A DNA stretch of 64,000 nt from an uncultured Planctomycetia bacterium (GCA_964489445.1 CAZAYU010000001.1:274276-338275); one strand, 5' to 3'; counted from the first letter of the stretch, positions 19,738 to 30,621 are shown. Numbers and translations: made by a program. Notes: generated by a model not told the origin, from the sequence alone.

Positions 19738-21051
19738 TTATGATTCAACTAACGCAAACATTAAATCTGCCTCAGAAACCACATTATTATTGACTAACGC
19801 TTTAGTGTGTACTGTTCCAGTTCTGCTCCTGATTTTTCCCGACACAACCTCAATCACTAATTGGTCCCCAGGGACTACAGTCCGACGAAATTTAACATTA
19901 TTGGCAGCCATAAAATAAGCTAATTTTCCTTTATGCTCTTCGCAAGCAAGCATCAAGACCCCGCCTACCTGGGCCATTGCCTCAACAATCAACACGCCAG
20001 GCATAACTGGCCGGCCAGGAAAATGACCTTGGAAAAAATATTCGTTCATGGTCACATTTTTTATACCGATTGCTTTTTTTCCTTTTTCTAAATGGACTAC
20101 TCTGTCTACCAATAAAAATGGATAACGATGCGGTAATATTTGCATTATTTCTTCAGCGTTAAGCTCTTCCTTACCCGAAACATAAGCAATTTGTGAAGCT
20201 ATACCTGCACTTTGCTTCTTCTCTTGATACTTACGTAATTTTCTTAGCAAGCGAAGGTTTAACGAGTGCCCTCCTCGAATAGCGATAATGTGCCCTTTAA
20301 GAGGACCGATTAAATATAAATCTCCGATTAAATCTAAAATTTTATGCTTTACAAACTCATCGCTGCACCTTAAAGTGTTATCAACTACTCCTTTTTCTGA
20401 AACAACTAAAGTATTTTTATAGTTAGCGCCCTTGCCTAAGCCAATATCTAATAACGGTTTAACTTCACTTTCCAAACAGAATGTTCTTGCTTGATAAACA
20501 TTATCTTCCAATGATCCATTTACAATTACATCCCCATAGCCAGAGCCAATCAGCTTATTGTCGTAGTCTAAAACATATGATACCCGTAAATTAGAACAAG
20601 GTAAAATCGCGATGCTCATCATTCCTTCTTCTACCCAGAGAGGATCACGGATAACCAAATATTTGCGTTGTGCATCTTGAATTTTTAATCCTACTTCTTT
20701 TATCTTAACAACAAATTCCTTGGCACTTCCATCCAATCCGGGAACTTCATCGCCCCAAATATTTATCTGAATATTATCAACGCCTAAAAGATGCAACGCA
20801 GCCATAAGATGCTCAATGGTATGAACATAAACACCGTCAGCACCAATAGAAGTCCGTCGCAAAAATTTTTCCGGATCCAAGGTAGAATAACAATTAGCCT
20901 TAATCAACGCCGAAGATTTAATATCCTTTCGTAAAAAAACTACTCCAGTATTCACCGCTGCCGGCAAAAATTCTACTCTAGCATTTTTCCCACCATGAAG
21001 CCCGATACCTTCAAATTCGATTCTTTGGTTGATTGTTCTTTGCTTTTCCAT
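19738..21051 (-). CDS. lpxC-fabZ: Bifunctional UDP-3-O-acyl-GlcNAc deacetylase / 3-hydroxyacyl-ACP dehydratase (LpxC-FabZ fusion)
   Basis: 437 aa. N-terminal LpxC region. C-terminal FabZ hot-dog region (HFPGRPVMPGVLIVEAMAQ). Confidence 0.88.
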   Translation of the reverse strand: MEKQRTINQRIEFEGIGLHGGKNARVEFLPAAVNTGVVFLRKDIKSSALIKANCYSTLDPEKFLRRTSIGADGVYVHTIEHLMAALHLLGVDNIQINIWGDEVPGLDGSAKEFVVKIKEVGLKIQDAQRKYLVIRDPLWVEEGMMSIAILPCSNLRVSYVLDYDNKLIGSGYGDVIVNGSLEDNVYQARTFCLESEVKPLLDIGLGKGANYKNTLVVSEKGVVDNTLRCSDEFVKHKILDLIGDLYLIGPLKGHIIAIRGGHSLNLRLLRKLRKYQEKKQSAGIASQIAYVSGKEELNAEEIMQILPHRYPFLLVDRVVHLEKGKKAIGIKNVTMNEYFFQGHFPGRPVMPGVLIVEAMAQVGGVLMLACEEHKGKLAYFMAANNVKFRRTVVPGDQLVIEVVSGKIRSRTGTVHTKALVNNNVVSEADLMFALVES

Positions 21052-21139
21052 AACTCTCCAATACTTAGTGGTTATATAATTAATATTTTAGTAGTTCTCG
21101 GCGAGGTTCTGTTACCTCCTAAAAAGTCACACACTTCTA

Positions 21140-21149
21140 CCCCCCCCCC
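21140..21149. repeat. Homopolymeric C10 tract (G10 on the coding strand) in the lpxD / lpxC-fabZ intergenic spacer
   Basis: Ten consecutive C read directly from a genome that is otherwise AT-rich. Confidence 0.9.
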
Positions 21150-21205
21150 GGAAGACAACTATAATCTTTATAGAATGTTAAGCTTAATAGTATTTTTTAT
21201 AACTA

Positions 21206-22243
21206 TTATTTTGCAGCAATTTTATTTTCTAGCTCAATTATTTTACTTTCTAATTCTTTTATTTTCTTGTAAAGATTAGGAAGATTTTGCACGCAAGCGT
21301 TAACTTTTCTGGCAATTTCATGCGGCTTTGCCGGATATCCAGATACTTTTATTCCGGAGGCAATAGATTTTGTAACTCCGGCTTGAGCAGCAACAATTGC
21401 TTTATCCCCTATGTAAATATGACCCACTACTCCCGCTTGTCCGGCTAAAATAACTCCATCTCCTAATACAGTACTTCCGGAAATACCTGCCTGAGCCACA
21501 ATAATACAATTTTTTCCAGTAGTCACATTATGAGCAATCTGGACCAAATTGTCCACTTTAGTGCCTTTGCCAATAACTGTTTTATCAAAACGAGCCCTAT
21601 CTATAGTTACATTTGCTCCGATCTCTACATCATCCTCAATAGACACAGTGCCTATCTGGGGTATCTTTTTCTGTATTCCCCTGACCATTGCAAACCCAAA
21701 ACCATCACTACCAATAACAGCCCCAGAGTGAATGATCACCCGCTCTCCTATTTCTACACGCTCTCTTATAGCCACATGTGGGTAAATAAGACAATTCTTG
21801 CCCACACAAGTATTTCGACCAACATAGCAACCACTATAAATCACGCTTCCACTTGCGACAGAAACTCCATCTTCAATTACAGTATACGCCCCAATGGCTA
21901 CGCCAGGACTCAATCTAGCCCTATCTGCTATTATTGCTGTTGGATGAATACCTTGAGGATGCCGAATACCATTGGGAGCCGCCAAGCTAACTACTTTAGT
22001 AAAAGCAATAGAAGGATTGTCAACTCTGATCAGTGGCTTATCTGAATCATTAATTTCCCTGGAAGTAATGACTGCTGAAGCTTTGGTCGCTTTCATTAAT
22101 GAAGAATATTTTGAATTAGCTAAAAAAGTAATATCTCCTTTTTTAGCTTCTTTAATTCCTGAAATGCCGACAATAACTATCTCCGGATCGCCAGTTAGTT
22201 CTCCGTTAACAAGATCGGCAAGCTCTTTGAGAGTATATTTCAT
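21206..22243 (-). CDS. lpxD: UDP-3-O-(3-hydroxyacyl)glucosamine N-acyltransferase
   Basis: 345 aa. LpxD N-terminal domain, LbH repeats and a C-terminal coiled coil. Confidence 0.88.
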   Translation of the reverse strand: MKYTLKELADLVNGELTGDPEIVIVGISGIKEAKKGDITFLANSKYSSLMKATKASAVITSREINDSDKPLIRVDNPSIAFTKVVSLAAPNGIRHPQGIHPTAIIADRARLSPGVAIGAYTVIEDGVSVASGSVIYSGCYVGRNTCVGKNCLIYPHVAIRERVEIGERVIIHSGAVIGSDGFGFAMVRGIQKKIPQIGTVSIEDDVEIGANVTIDRARFDKTVIGKGTKVDNLVQIAHNVTTGKNCIIVAQAGISGSTVLGDGVILAGQAGVVGHIYIGDKAIVAAQAGVTKSIASGIKVSGYPAKPHEIARKVNACVQNLPNLYKKIKELESKIIELENKIAAK

Positions 22244-22752
22244 TTTTTCTTAAATTGTTGATTAGAAATCTTTAAAACTCTATCGGTGATATTAATAACA
22301 TTGTCATCGCCATACAAAACAGAGTTTTCACTAATAATTAAATTAAACTTTTCTTGTTTTGCATATTCTTTAATGACCTTGCGTATATCTTCTACTATTT
22401 CCTGCATTTTTTCATCACGTGCTTTTTTAATATCTGTAAAAGCAGACCTTTCTAAATCACGATACGCTTTAACCTTAGCCATAATTTTTTCTTCTTCTTT
22501 TACTTTTTCGCCTTCATTTAACAATTCTAATTTGCTTTGCATTTTTTCGATATCTTTTTTCTTGCCTTCTAATTTCTTTTCGATTTCCCCTTTCTTCTTT
22601 TCTAAAGTCGCATCATAATCCTTAGTTTTATCATATTCATTAAATACTCCAAAAACATCCACATACCCAATCTTTAAATCTTGAGCAAAACTATTACAAG
22701 TAAAAGATAAAACCACTCCCAGAATCAATAAATATACTAAACTCTTTTTCAT
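22240..22752 (-). CDS. skp: Periplasmic chaperone Skp/OmpH
   Basis: 170 aa. Signal peptide plus Lys/Glu-rich coiled coil. Lies between bamA and lpxD, as in many diderms. Confidence 0.75.
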   Translation of the reverse strand: MKKSLVYLLILGVVLSFTCNSFAQDLKIGYVDVFGVFNEYDKTKDYDATLEKKKGEIEKKLEGKKKDIEKMQSKLELLNEGEKVKEEEKIMAKVKAYRDLERSAFTDIKKARDEKMQEIVEDIRKVIKEYAKQEKFNLIISENSVLYGDDNVINITDRVLKISNQQFKKK

Positions 22753-22772
22753 TTTTCCCCCCTTTTTTTTTA

Positions 22773-25064
22773 TTAAAATGCTCTACTAACATTAAAATGA
22801 AACCTTCCGCTTTTCGTCTCTTCCCCTGGTTCAAGGTCTAACGGCCAACCATAATCAACACTAACCGGACCTATAGGAGTCTTCACCCTCAAGCCTAAGC
22901 CAACGCTGGAATATAGATTTCCTGTCAAAAAATCACTATTTTTTGCCCACACATTACCCGTATCAAAAAAAGTAGCTACTTTTAAAAAGTCAGCACAAGG
23001 ATAGGTATATTCGATATTCCCCACAAACATCGCCTCTCCCCCTAAAGGATCATTATCTGAATCGACAGGTCCAACCTTTCTCTCTCGATACCCTCTGATT
23101 GTTGAAGCACCCCCAGCAAAAAACCGTTCATAGATTGGAACTCTACTAGTATCTGAGAAAGGATCAGAAATCCCCCCTCTTAAACGTAACTCGATTACTG
23201 ATTTATTTATGGTTGGAAAATAAAAACTAACCCTATTAAAATATTTAATAAAATCTTTATCCCCACCTAATGGACCACCAAAATATTGCAAAACATTTCT
23301 AAAATAAATTCCTTTTAGCGTAGAAAAAACATTATCTCGACTATCATAGCTTAAAGATAATTCCACACTGCTTAAGTTGTTATCTCCTTCTTCCTCTACT
23401 AATTCTGAATTTCTATCTTCAACATCTGAAATCTCCACTCTTTCTAAACGATACGCAACACCACCACTCCAATAATCATTAAACTCTCTTCCTAAACGTA
23501 AATCACCTCCGGTAATTTTTTGTTCATACCCATACCCAACATCTTTATTTCTTTTATGCCCCTTTTTGTAAACATCAAAACCAAAAGAAACCGGCTTATC
23601 AAAAATCCAAGGATTAGTAAAACTCAATTGATAACGGTCGGTTATTGACCCCATGCTAAACATTAAAGTTAAATCCTGCCCAGCACCAGTAAAAGTAGAA
23701 AAATTGCGATAATCAAAATTTCTCTGACGCAATTCAACAAACCCTACAAATTCATCAATCGAGCTATATCCTCCGCCAAAGCTAAAATATCCTGTCTTTG
23801 CCTCTTTTGTATCAACAATTAAATCTACATAATCAGGCTCTGTGCCTGGCTCTGTGCCAAACCGTATTTCCTCAAAAAACCCTAGATTCTCCAGTCTTTC
23901 CTTGCTTTTACGTACTTTTTTTCCGTCAAACTTATCACCAGGATATATCCTCAGTTCACGTCTGATTACTTTATCTTTAGTTTTTACATTCCCTTTAATT
24001 TCAATATCTTCAATGTAAGCAACTTCTCTTTCTGCTATATTGTAAGTAACATCCACTTTTCCTGTCTGTGGGTTCAACACGCTCAAAGGTTCAACGCTAG
24101 AAAATATATACCCCCGATCAACATACACCTCGCGGATATTTGAAGCATCTTCGTAAACCGCCTGTTCACTAAAAATACTTTCTTTGTTTAATGTTTCTGC
24201 CTTGCGAATCTCAGATAGGGAAACATTTTTATTTCCTTCGACAAATATCTCGCCCACATAATAACGTTTTCCCTCTTGAATACTTACCGTAACATAGACA
24301 CCTTTCGGTTGGTACTCAAACTGAACACCAACGGCTACATCACTATACCCTTTAAGTCGATAATAATCTTCTACCCTTCGAACATCATCTTGCAAAACAT
24401 CTTCTTTAAAAAGGCCTCGATTAAATAACCAGGCTTTTCGAGTTTTCATTAATTTTAATATTCTTCTGGTACTTATTGATTTATTGCCGTCGATAATAAC
24501 TTTACGTACTTTTAACACTTTCTTTTCGTCAATTATAAATTTTACTTCAACTTTATTATCAGCCTTGCGATTAATCAGTTGATAATTAATCTCTGCCTGA
24601 GAAAATCCCTTTTTAATGTATAGGTCTTTGATTTTTCGCACTGCTTCCTTGACTTTGTATTCATCGGTAAACGCCCCTTCTTTAATATCAATTACTTCTA
24701 AAATTCGCTTTGCCCGGATAAATTTATCTCCCTCAATAATTATTTTCGCTAGAACCGGCTTTTCTTTTACCTTGAAAACAACAACCACCCCTCCCGGAGC
24801 ATCTTCTCTTTCTGCGGTAACATCCTCGAAAAAACCTTCCGCATATAAATTCTTTACATCGGAATTTATAACATTTTCATTGTACGGCTGCCCAGCTCTA
24901 ATCTTTATTCTGGACACTATAGTCGCATCACTAACAATCTCGTTGCCTTCAATATCGATCCGAAAAACAGCTTCCTGAGAAAATCCGTTAAAAGTAAACA
25001 GCAAAGAAACTAAGAAAAGACCAACCACATGAACTTTTTTAACTAATTTAACTTTTTTCCCCAC
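22773..25064 (-). CDS. bamA: Outer membrane protein assembly factor BamA (POTRA domains + Omp85 barrel)
   Basis: 763 aa. Signal peptide. POTRA repeats. C-terminal beta-barrel ending in an aromatic residue. Confidence 0.88.
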   Translation of the reverse strand: MGKKVKLVKKVHVVGLFLVSLLFTFNGFSQEAVFRIDIEGNEIVSDATIVSRIKIRAGQPYNENVINSDVKNLYAEGFFEDVTAEREDAPGGVVVVFKVKEKPVLAKIIIEGDKFIRAKRILEVIDIKEGAFTDEYKVKEAVRKIKDLYIKKGFSQAEINYQLINRKADNKVEVKFIIDEKKVLKVRKVIIDGNKSISTRRILKLMKTRKAWLFNRGLFKEDVLQDDVRRVEDYYRLKGYSDVAVGVQFEYQPKGVYVTVSIQEGKRYYVGEIFVEGNKNVSLSEIRKAETLNKESIFSEQAVYEDASNIREVYVDRGYIFSSVEPLSVLNPQTGKVDVTYNIAEREVAYIEDIEIKGNVKTKDKVIRRELRIYPGDKFDGKKVRKSKERLENLGFFEEIRFGTEPGTEPDYVDLIVDTKEAKTGYFSFGGGYSSIDEFVGFVELRQRNFDYRNFSTFTGAGQDLTLMFSMGSITDRYQLSFTNPWIFDKPVSFGFDVYKKGHKRNKDVGYGYEQKITGGDLRLGREFNDYWSGGVAYRLERVEISDVEDRNSELVEEEGDNNLSSVELSLSYDSRDNVFSTLKGIYFRNVLQYFGGPLGGDKDFIKYFNRVSFYFPTINKSVIELRLRGGISDPFSDTSRVPIYERFFAGGASTIRGYRERKVGPVDSDNDPLGGEAMFVGNIEYTYPCADFLKVATFFDTGNVWAKNSDFLTGNLYSSVGLGLRVKTPIGPVSVDYGWPLDLEPGEETKSGRFHFNVSRAF

Positions 25065-25207
25065 ATTAACTCCTCTTTTTTATCAGGACATTAACCCTTA
25101 ATATTTTATATTGTCATATTATAAAACCAACATTACCTAAAGTCAACCCTTCAGAGGATCTCTTTGCTGTTTTTAAATAATATAGTGTAGAATGACTATA
25201 GCACTGT

Positions 25208-25245
25208 AGCTTTAGTTTACAGAAAGTAATCTGTAAACTAAAGCT
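25208..25245 (-). terminator. 15-bp perfect inverted repeat, putative terminator immediately downstream of dnaB
   Basis: agctttagtttacag / ctgtaaactaaagct with an 8-nt loop, starting 13 nt past the dnaB stop. Confidence 0.4.
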
Positions 25246-25258
25246 GGATTAAGCTATT

Positions 25259-26611
25259 TTAAATTTCTTTTTCTCTGGATAAATCACAGAACTTAGTAAA
25301 TTCTTTTAAAAAAGTTAATTGAAGACTTCCTACTGGGCCATTACGCTGTTTAGCAATAATGACTTCTGCTTTTCCCATATTCTCTTCTGTAGGATTATAG
25401 TACTCCTCTCTAAACAATAAAATTACAACATCAGCATCTTGCTCAATAGCTCCTGATTCTCTTAAGTCAGACAGCTTAGGACGATGCCCTTCCCGAGACT
25501 CAACCGCTCGTGATAATTGGCTAATAGCAATAACCGGGACATTTAACTCTTTCGCCAAAGCCTTTAGGCCTTGAGAAATCTCTGATATTTCTTGCTGGCG
25601 ACTATCACCCTTGCGTACCCCACGAAGTAATTGCAAATAATCAACTAAGATAAGCTGAACATTGTGATGCGCCTTTAGCCTTCTAGCCTTTGCACGAATA
25701 TCAAAAATATTTAACATCGGAGTATCATCAATATATATCGGAGCTTCCGATAATTTCCCAGCAGCACCGGTTAAAATCGGCCATTCTGACGGAGCAAGAA
25801 ACCCAGTACGTACCCTGTTTAATTCCACTTTTGCTTCTGAACATAAAAAACGCTGGATTAGCTGCTCTTTGGACATTTCTAGACTAAAAATCGCTACCGG
25901 TATGTTTTCCTCCAGCGCAACATAGCTAGCAATAGACGTTCCAAAAGCACTCTTACCCATTGAAGGCCTGCCAGCAGCAATAATTAGATCACCTTTTTGT
26001 AAGCCAGCAGTTTTTAAATCAAAATCCTTAAATCCTGTAGGTATTCCGGTTACATGCGATTTTTTATGATAAAGAGATTCAATTAGTTCAATGCCGTCTT
26101 TGATAATATCCTTAATGTGGACATACCCTCCTTCAATCCGCTTGTCACTTATTTCAAAAATAAGTTTTTCCGCCTTATCTAGCATACTGCCTACTTCTTC
26201 TTCCCCCTTGTACACTAAGGAAGAAATCATATTAGAAGTATTTATCAACGAACGCAAGATTCCTTTCTCTTTAACGATACGCGCATAATGAGAAGCGTTG
26301 GCGGACGCCGGAACAAAATCTGACAAGGTGGCTAAATATGCTGTGCCCCCTGCTTTTTCTAGTAATTTTTTCTTGTTCAAGTATTCAGAAACAGTCAAAA
26401 TATCGATTTTTTGGCGAATATCAAAAAGTGAGATCATACTATTAAAAATTATTTTATGCTCATTCTTGTAAAAAAAGCTTTCATCAATAATTTCTAAAAC
26501 TTCCGAGATAACCTTTTCGTCAATGAGCATTGCTCCTAATGTAGCCATCTCTGCTTCAATGTTTTGTGGGGGAATTTTATTTAAGTCTTGGATAGAAGTT
26601 TCTGCGGCCAT
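25259..26611 (-). CDS. dnaB: Replicative DNA helicase
   Basis: 450 aa. DnaB N-terminal domain and RecA-like domain with Walker A GRPSMGKS. Confidence 0.92.
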   Translation of the reverse strand: MAAETSIQDLNKIPPQNIEAEMATLGAMLIDEKVISEVLEIIDESFFYKNEHKIIFNSMISLFDIRQKIDILTVSEYLNKKKLLEKAGGTAYLATLSDFVPASANASHYARIVKEKGILRSLINTSNMISSLVYKGEEEVGSMLDKAEKLIFEISDKRIEGGYVHIKDIIKDGIELIESLYHKKSHVTGIPTGFKDFDLKTAGLQKGDLIIAAGRPSMGKSAFGTSIASYVALEENIPVAIFSLEMSKEQLIQRFLCSEAKVELNRVRTGFLAPSEWPILTGAAGKLSEAPIYIDDTPMLNIFDIRAKARRLKAHHNVQLILVDYLQLLRGVRKGDSRQQEISEISQGLKALAKELNVPVIAISQLSRAVESREGHRPKLSDLRESGAIEQDADVVILLFREEYYNPTEENMGKAEVIIAKQRNGPVGSLQLTFLKEFTKFCDLSREKEI

Positions 26612-26754
26612 ATTAGTGTTTTCGGTTTAATTCGCTAAAAATCCTAAAAAGCGTTATCGTCTGATCTAAAAAACCACGCCAATTTTGGATATATTTCATC
26701 CTAGGAGAGCCTAAATAATATTATTTTAGAATCAAAAAAAGAATAAAATAGTGT

Positions 26755-27198
26755 CTATTTCTTCACTATCCAAATACGCAAACTACCTTCAACCTGAGGA
26801 TAAATATTCACTTTAACATTATACACGCCAATTTTTTTAATCGGTCCTTCAAGTGCTAACATTCCTTTCTTTAGAGATATTCCTTCAGCACTTAGAAGCT
26901 TTATAATCTGTCCTTCGTTAATGGCTCCATACAACTCATCATTCTCTTTTGCTTCAGTGGCAATAGTCAACGAAGTATTGTCTATCTTTTTCTTCATTTC
27001 CAGAAAATCATATTTTTCTTTTTCCACGATATGCTTTCTTGCGCTCTCAATTTCTTTCAGTTTCTTAAAATTACCTTTCGTAGCCACAAGAGCGAAACCT
27101 CCGGGAATAAGATAATTACGTGCATATCCTTCTTTAACCTCTACCGACTCACCCTTTTTACCAACTTTTTTTATGTCTTTAAGAAGTATTATTTCCAC
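26755..27198 (-). CDS. rplI: 50S ribosomal protein L9
   Basis: 147 aa. Canonical L9 N-terminus. Confidence 0.9.
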   Translation of the reverse strand: MEIILLKDIKKVGKKGESVEVKEGYARNYLIPGGFALVATKGNFKKLKEIESARKHIVEKEKYDFLEMKKKIDNTSLTIATEAKENDELYGAINEGQIIKLLSAEGISLKKGMLALEGPIKKIGVYNVKVNIYPQVEGSLRIWIVKK

Positions 27199-27251
27199 TT
27201 AATTCCACTCCTTTTTAAATTAAATTAATTTTATTAAATTAGCTACACAAT

Positions 27252-27515
27252 TTAAGAAATTAGTCGTCCGGTATACGGAAGCAAATTTAAAAACCTTGCT
27301 CTTTTAATTTCCCGTGATACCTTACGCTGATGCTTAGCACAAGTACCGCTAATTCGCCGAGAAAGAATTTTTCCCCTTGAAGACATATAGCGGGTAAGCA
27401 GCTCGACATTTTTGTAATCAATATCTAAAGTATTTTTACAAAAAACGCAATTCTTTTTAAATTTTGTTTTTGTCCGGATAATCTTTTTGGGATCAATCAT
27501 TTTTTTCTTAATCAT
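27252..27515 (-). CDS. rpsR: 30S ribosomal protein S18
   Basis: 87 aa. S18 signature. Confidence 0.9.
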   Translation of the reverse strand: MIKKKMIDPKKIIRTKTKFKKNCVFCKNTLDIDYKNVELLTRYMSSRGKILSRRISGTCAKHQRKVSREIKRARFLNLLPYTGRLIS

Positions 27516-27516
27516 T

Positions 27517-27942
27517 TTAAATCGCCTCTCCTAATTCTTTACTATCACTTTCTAAATTAAGCATCTCTTCCGGCTGCTTGCCTAGATCAACGCCCGCGGT
27601 TTCCTGCCTTGCCCCTTGAGGCATAAATTGCACTCGCGAAGCAATGACTTCCAAGATACTTCTATTTTGCCCTTCATTATTCTGCCAAGACCTTGACTGC
27701 AACCTTCCCTCAACAAATACTTGCCGTCCTTTCTGTAGGTACTGATTGCATACTTCGGCCATTTGCCGCCAAACCACAACGCTTAGAAAGCAAGTATCTT
27801 TTTGTTGCTGGCCGTCTTTATCCTTGAACAGTCTGTTAACTGCTATCCGCAAAGTAGTTACAGCTGTTCCTTGCGGAGTATACCTTAGCTCTGGGTCCTT
27901 AGTCAAATTTCCCACCAAAAATACCTTGTTAAGACTTACCAT
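27517..27942 (-). CDS. ssb: Single-stranded DNA-binding protein
   Basis: OB-fold SSB sequence. Start moved to the internal ATG at 27942, which follows the SD GGAGGG. The longer ORF-track start has no RBS. Confidence 0.85.
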   Translation of the reverse strand: MVSLNKVFLVGNLTKDPELRYTPQGTAVTTLRIAVNRLFKDKDGQQQKDTCFLSVVVWRQMAEVCNQYLQKGRQVFVEGRLQSRSWQNNEGQNRSILEVIASRVQFMPQGARQETAGVDLGKQPEEMLNLESDSKELGEAI

Positions 27943-27998
27943 ACCTCGCCCTCCTAGACAATCAAATATCAATCTGAAAATTAATCACAAACATAAAG

Positions 27999-28331
27999 CT
28001 ATTTTTTTATAAGTTCGTGCTTTGCCCGATTTAAAATTACATTACGCAATACTCTTTCTTCTAACCTAATTAGCTCTCTTAACTTAGGCAGGTTGTCAGT
28101 TCCTAACGTGAAATTAACCAGCCAATAAGTTCCTTTGTAATATTTTTTTTTCTCTGCTCCGCGACTTCTTAAAAAATAATAAAAAGTTCTTTCTTTCGCC
28201 CAAATTTTTGAAGAATTAACTTTACCTTGCAAATCACTAATCTTTTTAGAAATCTTCTCTGCGATCTCCTCTTGTTCGTTCTCTGTTAAGTCCGGTCTTA
28301 AAATTACCATGCTTTCGTAATATCTATCCAC
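27999..28331 (-). CDS. rpsF: 30S ribosomal protein S6
   Basis: 110 aa. Classic rpsF-ssb-rpsR-rplI order. Confidence 0.88.
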   Translation of the reverse strand: MDRYYESMVILRPDLTENEQEEIAEKISKKISDLQGKVNSSKIWAKERTFYYFLRSRGAEKKKYYKGTYWLVNFTLGTDNLPKLRELIRLEERVLRNVILNRAKHELIKK

Positions 28332-28363
28332 TTATTCCTCCTTGATACATCTAGTAATCACTT

Positions 28364-28921
28364 CTAATTATATTTTCTCATAACATAATCAGTACCTTGT
28401 TTGATCCAATCTATACAAGCTGAAGCTGAATCAGCGATAACGCCCGTTAAATCACTACTCTCGTCTTCAGTAAAGTCTGAAAGAACATATTGTGATAATC
28501 CACAGCCCTCTGGCTGCCCAATGCCAATTCTCAATCGGCTTACGCTATTCGTGTCCAAAGCACTAATTATTGAATTCATCCCTTGATGTCCTCCAGATGA
28601 ACCTTTTGTTTTTAACTTTACCCTACCCAATGACAGGTGTATGTCATCATAAATAATTAAAAAATCGTTTACCAAAGAGCCGTATTTATTTAGCACGCCC
28701 TCAACACATAAACCAGAATTATTCATAAATGTAGACGGCTTTACTAATATCACTTCAGTTTGCTTTACTTTTATTCCAGCGATCTTTGCTTTTAACCTGA
28801 GATATCTTTTAAATTTAAGGTGCTTGGCATCAGCTAACTTATCTAACACCATGTATCCAACATTATGCCTATTTTTCCTGTACTTTGCTCCGGGGTTACC
28901 TAAACCAAAAATAATCTTCAC
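28364..28921 (-). CDS. pth: Peptidyl-tRNA hydrolase
   Basis: 185 aa. Pth motif GLGNPG ... NRHNVG. Confidence 0.9.
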   Translation of the reverse strand: MKIIFGLGNPGAKYRKNRHNVGYMVLDKLADAKHLKFKRYLRLKAKIAGIKVKQTEVILVKPSTFMNNSGLCVEGVLNKYGSLVNDFLIIYDDIHLSLGRVKLKTKGSSGGHQGMNSIISALDTNSVSRLRIGIGQPEGCGLSQYVLSDFTEDESSDLTGVIADSASACIDWIKQGTDYVMRKYN

Positions 28922-28981
28922 TTCCCCTATACAGCCCTCCTTAAACCTTAATGCTTGCTGGACTACCGAAAATATTTTTTA

Positions 28982-29641
28982 CTATTTCTTACTATCTTTT
29001 ACCGGCTCTTCTTTCTTCGCTTTAATGACTTCTGGCTCTCCACTGGGTTCTTCCTCTTCAGCTTCCTCATCTTTTTCTTCTTTGTGCATTATCACAGTAG
29101 CCACCGCTGTTTCCGGAAAGCTTATTACTTTTAAACCTTCAGGAACATTTAAATCAGAAACATGTAAAGAATGACCTATAGCTAACTCTGTGATATCCAC
29201 TTCTATTTTCCTTGGTATGCTTAAGGGTAATCCTTCTACTTCTAATTCCCGCAAAATTTGCTCTAATTCTCCACCTTCTTTGGTTCCTTTTGCTTCTCCT
29301 TGAAGAACTATCGGAATATGCACTTTAATCTTTTCCTTCAAAGACACCTTTAAAAAGTCAATATGAATTACCACATCAGTAAGAGCGTGATACTGGACTT
29401 CTTTAATTAAAATCGGAATAGCGGATGATCCATTATCACCATTGATTTCCATATCAATTATTGTATTTTCTGAAAAATTTACCGATTTTAACATTTTAAA
29501 ACTTGCTGGCGCAATATTTATAACCATATTGGCCCCTTCACCATAAACGACTGCTGGAATTAATCCTTTGCTTCTAAACTCCTTGCATGCGCCTTTACCC
29601 GTTTTGTCTCGTATATCCGCTTTAATCTTTACTCTCTCCAT
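28982..29641 (-). CDS. rplY: 50S ribosomal protein L25 / general stress protein Ctc
   Basis: 219 aa. L25 N-domain with an acidic C-terminal tail. Confidence 0.85.
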   Translation of the reverse strand: MERVKIKADIRDKTGKGACKEFRSKGLIPAVVYGEGANMVINIAPASFKMLKSVNFSENTIIDMEINGDNGSSAIPILIKEVQYHALTDVVIHIDFLKVSLKEKIKVHIPIVLQGEAKGTKEGGELEQILRELEVEGLPLSIPRKIEVDITELAIGHSLHVSDLNVPEGLKVISFPETAVATVIMHKEEKDEEAEEEEPSGEPEVIKAKKEEPVKDSKK

Positions 29642-29673
29642 CTGACACCTCTTGCCTCCTTATCAATAGTCAA

Positions 29674-30621
29674 TTATCTGCCTATTGAATCAAATAGTAC
29701 ACTTATTGATTTTTCAAAATGTATCCGCCGAATCGCTTCGGCAAAAAGTTCACCAACAGTAATCACTTTAATTTTTTTAATACCTTTTCCATTTTCTACC
29801 GGAATTGAGTCGGTGATAACTAAAGAATCAATATCTGAATTTTCCACTTTTTCAGTCGCTCTATTGCTAAGAACTCCATGAGTTATTGCTGCAAATATTT
29901 TCTTTGCTCCTGCTTTTTTTAAAGCTTTGGCCGCTTCCACTAAAGAAGAACCGGTGGAAATCATATCATCAACCATAATTACATTTTTTCCTTTAACTTC
30001 CCCTAAAATATTCATAACTTCCGTAGAATCAGGAGAATTACGGCGTTTATCAACAACTGCTAATTGCCCGCGAAAACGCTTAGCATAAGCCCTTGCCATT
30101 TTTACCGCGCCAACATCCGGAGCAACAACTACCAAATTAGCGAGTTTAATTTTTTTAAAATAATCAGAAAAAACATTTATTCCATATAAATGGTCTAAAG
30201 GAATATCAAAAAATCCCTGAATTTGCCCAGCATGTAAGTCAAGTGTTAGCCCCCGATTTGCTCCTGCCTCGGCTAACAAATTAGCTACTAATTTTGCTGT
30301 AATAGGTACCCGTGGTTGATCTTTTCGATCTTGACGGGCATAACCATAATAGGGAATAACAGCTGTTATCCTAGATGCGGATGCTCGTCTTAAAGCATCC
30401 AACATAACTAACAGCTCGACTAAATTATCATTAACCGGAGGACAAGTTGACTGAATAAGAAAAACATCTTTACCTCGGACATTCTCTTGTATCTCAATCC
30501 TTGTTTCTCCATCGCTAAAACGAGAAATGAATGCTCTTCCCAATTTAATATTAAGGCTCTTGCAAATCTTTGTCGCTAATTTTTTATTAGAACTTCCGCT
30601 AAATAAAACCATTTTGTCCAT
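29674..30621 (-). CDS. prs: Ribose-phosphate pyrophosphokinase
   Basis: 315 aa. PRPP synthetase signatures. Confidence 0.92.
   Translation of the reverse strand: MDKMVLFSGSSNKKLATKICKSLNIKLGRAFISRFSDGETRIEIQENVRGKDVFLIQSTCPPVNDNLVELLVMLDALRRASASRITAVIPYYGYARQDRKDQPRVPITAKLVANLLAEAGANRGLTLDLHAGQIQGFFDIPLDHLYGINVFSDYFKKIKLANLVVVAPDVGAVKMARAYAKRFRGQLAVVDKRRNSPDSTEVMNILGEVKGKNVIMVDDMISTGSSLVEAAKALKKAGAKKIFAAITHGVLSNRATEKVENSDIDSLVITDSIPVENGKGIKKIKVITVGELFAEAIRRIHFEKSISVLFDSIGR

Noticed and set aside
19726-19790. Strong SD (AAGGAGGG) followed by ATG on the plus strand, opening a 17-codon ORF
   Set aside because: It overlaps the stop codon of lpxC-fabZ on the other strand. The peptide is very short and unconserved-looking. 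It is most likely a chance SD-like purine run in the T-rich 3' region of the minus-strand gene.
27517-27972. Longer SSB ORF start (MIFDCLGGRG ...)
   Set aside because: The internal ATG at 27942 is preceded by GGAGGG and yields the canonical SSB N-terminus [13 protein letters not shown].
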